Below, one piece after another: positions 60,221 through 64,000 of a stretch of DNA of 64,000 nucleotides. Numbering within the stretch: the first letter of the stretch is position 1; every line of letters starts with the position of its first letter. The position numbers and the translations under genes are program-made. The notes under the pieces were generated by a model. That model was not told the DNA's origin, made no database searches, and saw nothing but the letters and a program-made list of their open reading frames with translations. This DNA is from Antedon mediterranea. Taxonomy: Eukaryota; Animalia; Echinodermata. Location of the stretch: contig NC_092674.1 of the NCBI RefSeq assembly GCF_964355755.1, forward strand, positions 29,698,001-29,762,000, in the 5' to 3' direction.

Positions 60221-63200
60221 ATGAAGGCTTCGAAAAACAGCTGTGGTAAAGAAAAATATTTGTTTGTACATCTTTGTGATCTGATCATAGAATGTCAGTC
60301 AGTGACCTGGTAACCATGACATATGATGTAAAAAAATCATACAATTTGAATCCAATTGAAAGTATTCCAAGAATGTTGATACATTTTCAGTAATTAATGT
60401 CTAATGAGGCCTACTGTAATTAATTGTATTCTGTTTTCATTTTTAGGTAATGATATTTTGAAAAAAACATCTTTTGAATCAGAAAACCTTTATCTTGAAG
60501 GCTGCCATGAAAACTTAACAATTCGTTCCCGCATCGTAATCTTTGTTCTCAACTATTGTAAAACTGACAATGACATCTTTCGAGTGTTCCTCTGTGACCC
60601 CTCGGTCAACAAGACAACATCGACATCCCCCACACCACTATGCATACTTAATGAACTAAAATGTGAACGGTTGAAATCTGAAGATATACCAGATGTTGTT
60701 CTTCAGAGCAAGTTGCCGGCTATCCTCTCATCGGATAGGTTATTGTGCTCCGTTGGTCTGTGTATTGTGTTGCGGAAAATTGTACGTCAAAGTCACAACA
60801 AATCCCCAGAAAGAAATTTAATCGCCTTGTTGGTATGCTTTCTGCTGTTTGATTTGTAGATACATTTTTAATCAATTTTCTTCCATTTTCGATTATTTTA
60901 TTAACATTTGAAATTTATTTTACAGGGTCATCAGCAAAGTTGCTTGAGAGGGTTTGCAGAGGGAAGTAGCTGGACAAAGTACTGCGAGATAGAATTACCA
61001 GCTGATGTTGACCAATGTTTTCATAACAAAAATATTCCTACATCCATCCTGAAATTTGAGAAATGTTTATCTCTGCCAGTCAGAATATCTAACCGAAAGA
61101 AACATCAAAGAATTTTGAAAAAGTCAATGTCAGATAGAAAACTTAAAGAGGAAGAACTTAAAGGTGCTACTGGGGTATCGTTGAGTGCAAGTACGAGTGT
61201 TGACTCTAAAGGCAACAGTAGTTGTTCAGAGATGGCAGGTGACATTTTGAAACATGGTGCAATAAATTGTTCTCCAAAACCTTCAAAGAAACCTAAAGTT
61301 ATCTCGGAACCAGAAATAGATATTAATAGTGACAGTAGTATTTCAGACAATACATCAAAACCATATACTACAGGTATATCTAAGAAGCAGTGTACCACAT
61401 CTAAACCGGTTTCTGAAGAATTTCTACCTCAACTGGAACACATCTTTGCAGAAGGTATCAACATGTCGCTAATTGATCTTGTGGTTTTTCCATGCGTTCA
61501 TCTGATTCTTCATCAAGCAGTTCAAAGTAACCAAATGACCCTTTTTTGGAGGATACCTCTGGTTCTGACTTGGTATCGTAGGATGTGGGACGTGAAGGAA
61601 GTTAAGAACTCTGCTAAAGCGTGTAAAATGACTATGGTTACGCCAATGTCAAAGGTGATAAAAAGTCCCAGTAATCATGAAGAAATGGAAGTAGAATTAG
61701 ATGCACCAAATACTGAAGGCACTGGGATGAAAGAGGCAAAACCTGTCTCAAAGTAAGTATCATTTAGCCGCGATAGTGAACGCTTACATTCAAATATGAT
61801 GCGATGGCTGTGTTGAATTCACAGGTGAAACCATTAAAAAAAGCTTATATTTTGTATCTGGTTTGACAGGTTTTTCCAAAAACATTTTATTTTTAATTGT
61901 ATTCAAAATAGGCGTGGTATGCGAATGGGAATTCAACGTAAAGCTGCGACTTTACTGGAAACACTAAATGATAAAGAACTCGTACTTAAGTTTGTAAAGC
62001 ATCCATCCTCCAGCATCAAGATACTCTGGGACCAGCTCCAACCTCAGGTTCATCCTGCCTATGGTGTGTACTCTATTATTTCAGTATGAATAGTAAGAAT
62101 TGATCATAAGATTTGTAGTGGAGCTGTAGCTTGGTGGTTAACATACTTGCCTTCCAATCTCAAGGTCTGGGGTTCAATCCTGACATGGTGCCAGAGTTGT
62201 ATTGTAACTCATGACTCTTTCAACTTCACTCCCTAAGTCTCAAATGAGACTTAGTTTATAAGAATGATAAATTATAAAATATATTTATCCATCCTGTAAT
62301 TGGCGAGTTACTCGATCTCTGTTGGCTGCGTATGTAAAAAAAATTTAAATATAAGATGCCAAATTGTATTTGTTGTAGGTGATGTGCCTGGCGAGCGTTC
62401 ACAACGAAAATGCCAGCAGATAGAAAATATTGTTGCAGCTGTGAAAATGATTGCCAAGGCTGGAGACTATGTTGTTGACTTTTGTAGTGGTGGGGTAAGA
62501 ACACTTTGTGTGCCTTATGCTCTGTCTACACTATCAAACTAGTGTGGTGAGTCCAAATATGGTAGTGATTTACCCAAATATGTTAGTGATATGACACCAT
62601 TATGTCCATACATGGGCACATTATTTTTGTCATATAAAGTTTGATAGTGTAAACAGAACTTAATATTTATCCAATAGTGTGTGTCCTGAACAGTATGTGT
62701 GAGCTTTCACAGCTCAATGACTAATTTGTCACCCAGTTTTTTTGTTTTTCTTTTACTTTATTGCATCGTAAACTGTGATGAAGACAAATAATTAAAATTC
62801 AGAACATTTAACAGATATAATATAAAAGTAATTTGTCACTTGTTATGCTAATATGCAATTTGTTTCTTTTAGGGTCACCTTGGTATTGTCTTAGCTGCTG
62901 TGTTACCAGACTGTCACATCATATTGGTTGAAAGTAAAGAAGTGTCAATCATTAAGGGTCTAAACCGAGTTAAAGAATTAGAATTGAAAAATGTTACATT
63001 CTACTTGGGAAATATTGACTACTACCATGGAAAGTTTGATATTGGGGTAAGATTATATCTTGATTTAATATAAACAAGGTTTGTTGCTTCCATTTCGTCA
63101 GGGATATACCACTAAACATCCACTTATTCAAATTAAAATGTCTACTTTTAAAAGCTGATCAATTTCACATCGCCTATCAAACTTCATAGTTCAACACACA

Positions 63201-64000
63201 CTGTATGGTGTATGCCCCAGTGTATGTAAACGTAGTTTTGCTAGGCAATGAATGGGGTAGTAGATTCCAAGTAGAATCCATATATCCAGTCTAGCATACA
63301 CAATTCTAGCATACACAATTATATACTGTTGTAAAGTTACAGAATACTGCCCTCTATATGATTATGCAATATTGCAACTTCCGTCTTGCGTTAGGTTTAC
63401 TGTTGGTGACAGGTTGCAAACGTTTGAAAGCTATTGCATGTGACAGAGCACCAGCTGATTTTCTGTTGCCCCAAAAAAGTATAATCATTATGCTCAACTG
63501 AATTTCCCATCGCCCCTCTCTTACATCCTGTTGTATAAGCTTATTTGAAGCCGTGAGAATTATGCATTTGTGGACATAAACAGATTGCCAACAGTTTGCA
63601 TATTCTGTGTCATATTTTTTTCGCTTCTGAACGTTTTTCCAATCAAATTTATCACTATATCTTCGATAGTGATAGAAAGAATGGAAGATTGCAAAAGAAT
63701 GTCCATGCATTGTTAAACACCATGCACTTGATCATGGTAAAAACAAGCAGGCTATATCATTACTAATGTCTGGCAGACTTCCACTCAATTCCATCCAAGA
63801 ACTAATTAATTATTCGTCAGTCATTAGCTATTAGTTTTGTTGTTGACAGATGAGTTAATGAATTTATAACAGACATTTGAATGTAAAAATAAAGTTTCAT
63901 AACAATGAATTTAAATCTGGAATTGGTGTGTTAGACTATCACAATCTAAAACAACATCTATTGATTAACATCTTTTACAGGTGTCATTGCACGCATGTGG
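60221..64000 (+). CDS. GSTCD: GST C-terminal domain-containing protein (methyltransferase-like), runs off the window end
   Basis: MKASKNSC|GNDIL...ENLYLEG; LCSVGLCIVLRKIV; HIFAEGINMSLIDLVVFPCVH; GDVPGERSQRKCQQIEN; VVDFCSGGGHLGIVLAAVLPDCHIILVE; FDIG|VSLHAC. Confidence 0.92.

Noticed and set aside
62115-62190. tRNA-Gly(TCC)-like sequence
   Set aside because: Stems do not close properly and it continues into SINE-like body sequence; treated as a SINE head.

Overview
AT-rich, intron-rich animal genomic DNA, probably a marine invertebrate deuterostome such as an echinoderm (inference). Six conserved multi-exon genes are present: the 3' part of NuMA (+), TAF7 (-), an SLC36/AVT3-type amino acid transporter (+), C2CD3 (-), PIBF1/CEP90 (-) and the 5' part of GSTCD (+). 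TAF7/SLC36 and PIBF1/GSTCD are head-to-head. The introns hold about 20 copies of a TWA-target MITE, DINE-1/HINE-type Helentron derivatives, TTAA-target Kolobok-like elements, a CAGGG-ended element with a 5-bp TSD, SINE relics, a young 5'-truncated L2/CR1-group LINE and several minisatellites. Four observations stand out. (1) An antisense nested gene in a C2CD3 intron encodes a tyrosine-motif-rich type III transmembrane adaptor-like protein. (2) A HINE-like element carries two tRNA-Val(AAC) copies and is stacked on another HINE inside a MITE. (3) There are three minor-spliceosome (U12) introns: one AT-AC and one GT-AG in C2CD3, and one GT-AG in TAF7. (4) A C2CD3 splice donor is tandemly amplified 7-fold. 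Gene names come from motifs recognised by eye, not from database searches. Exon and repeat boundaries were read manually.
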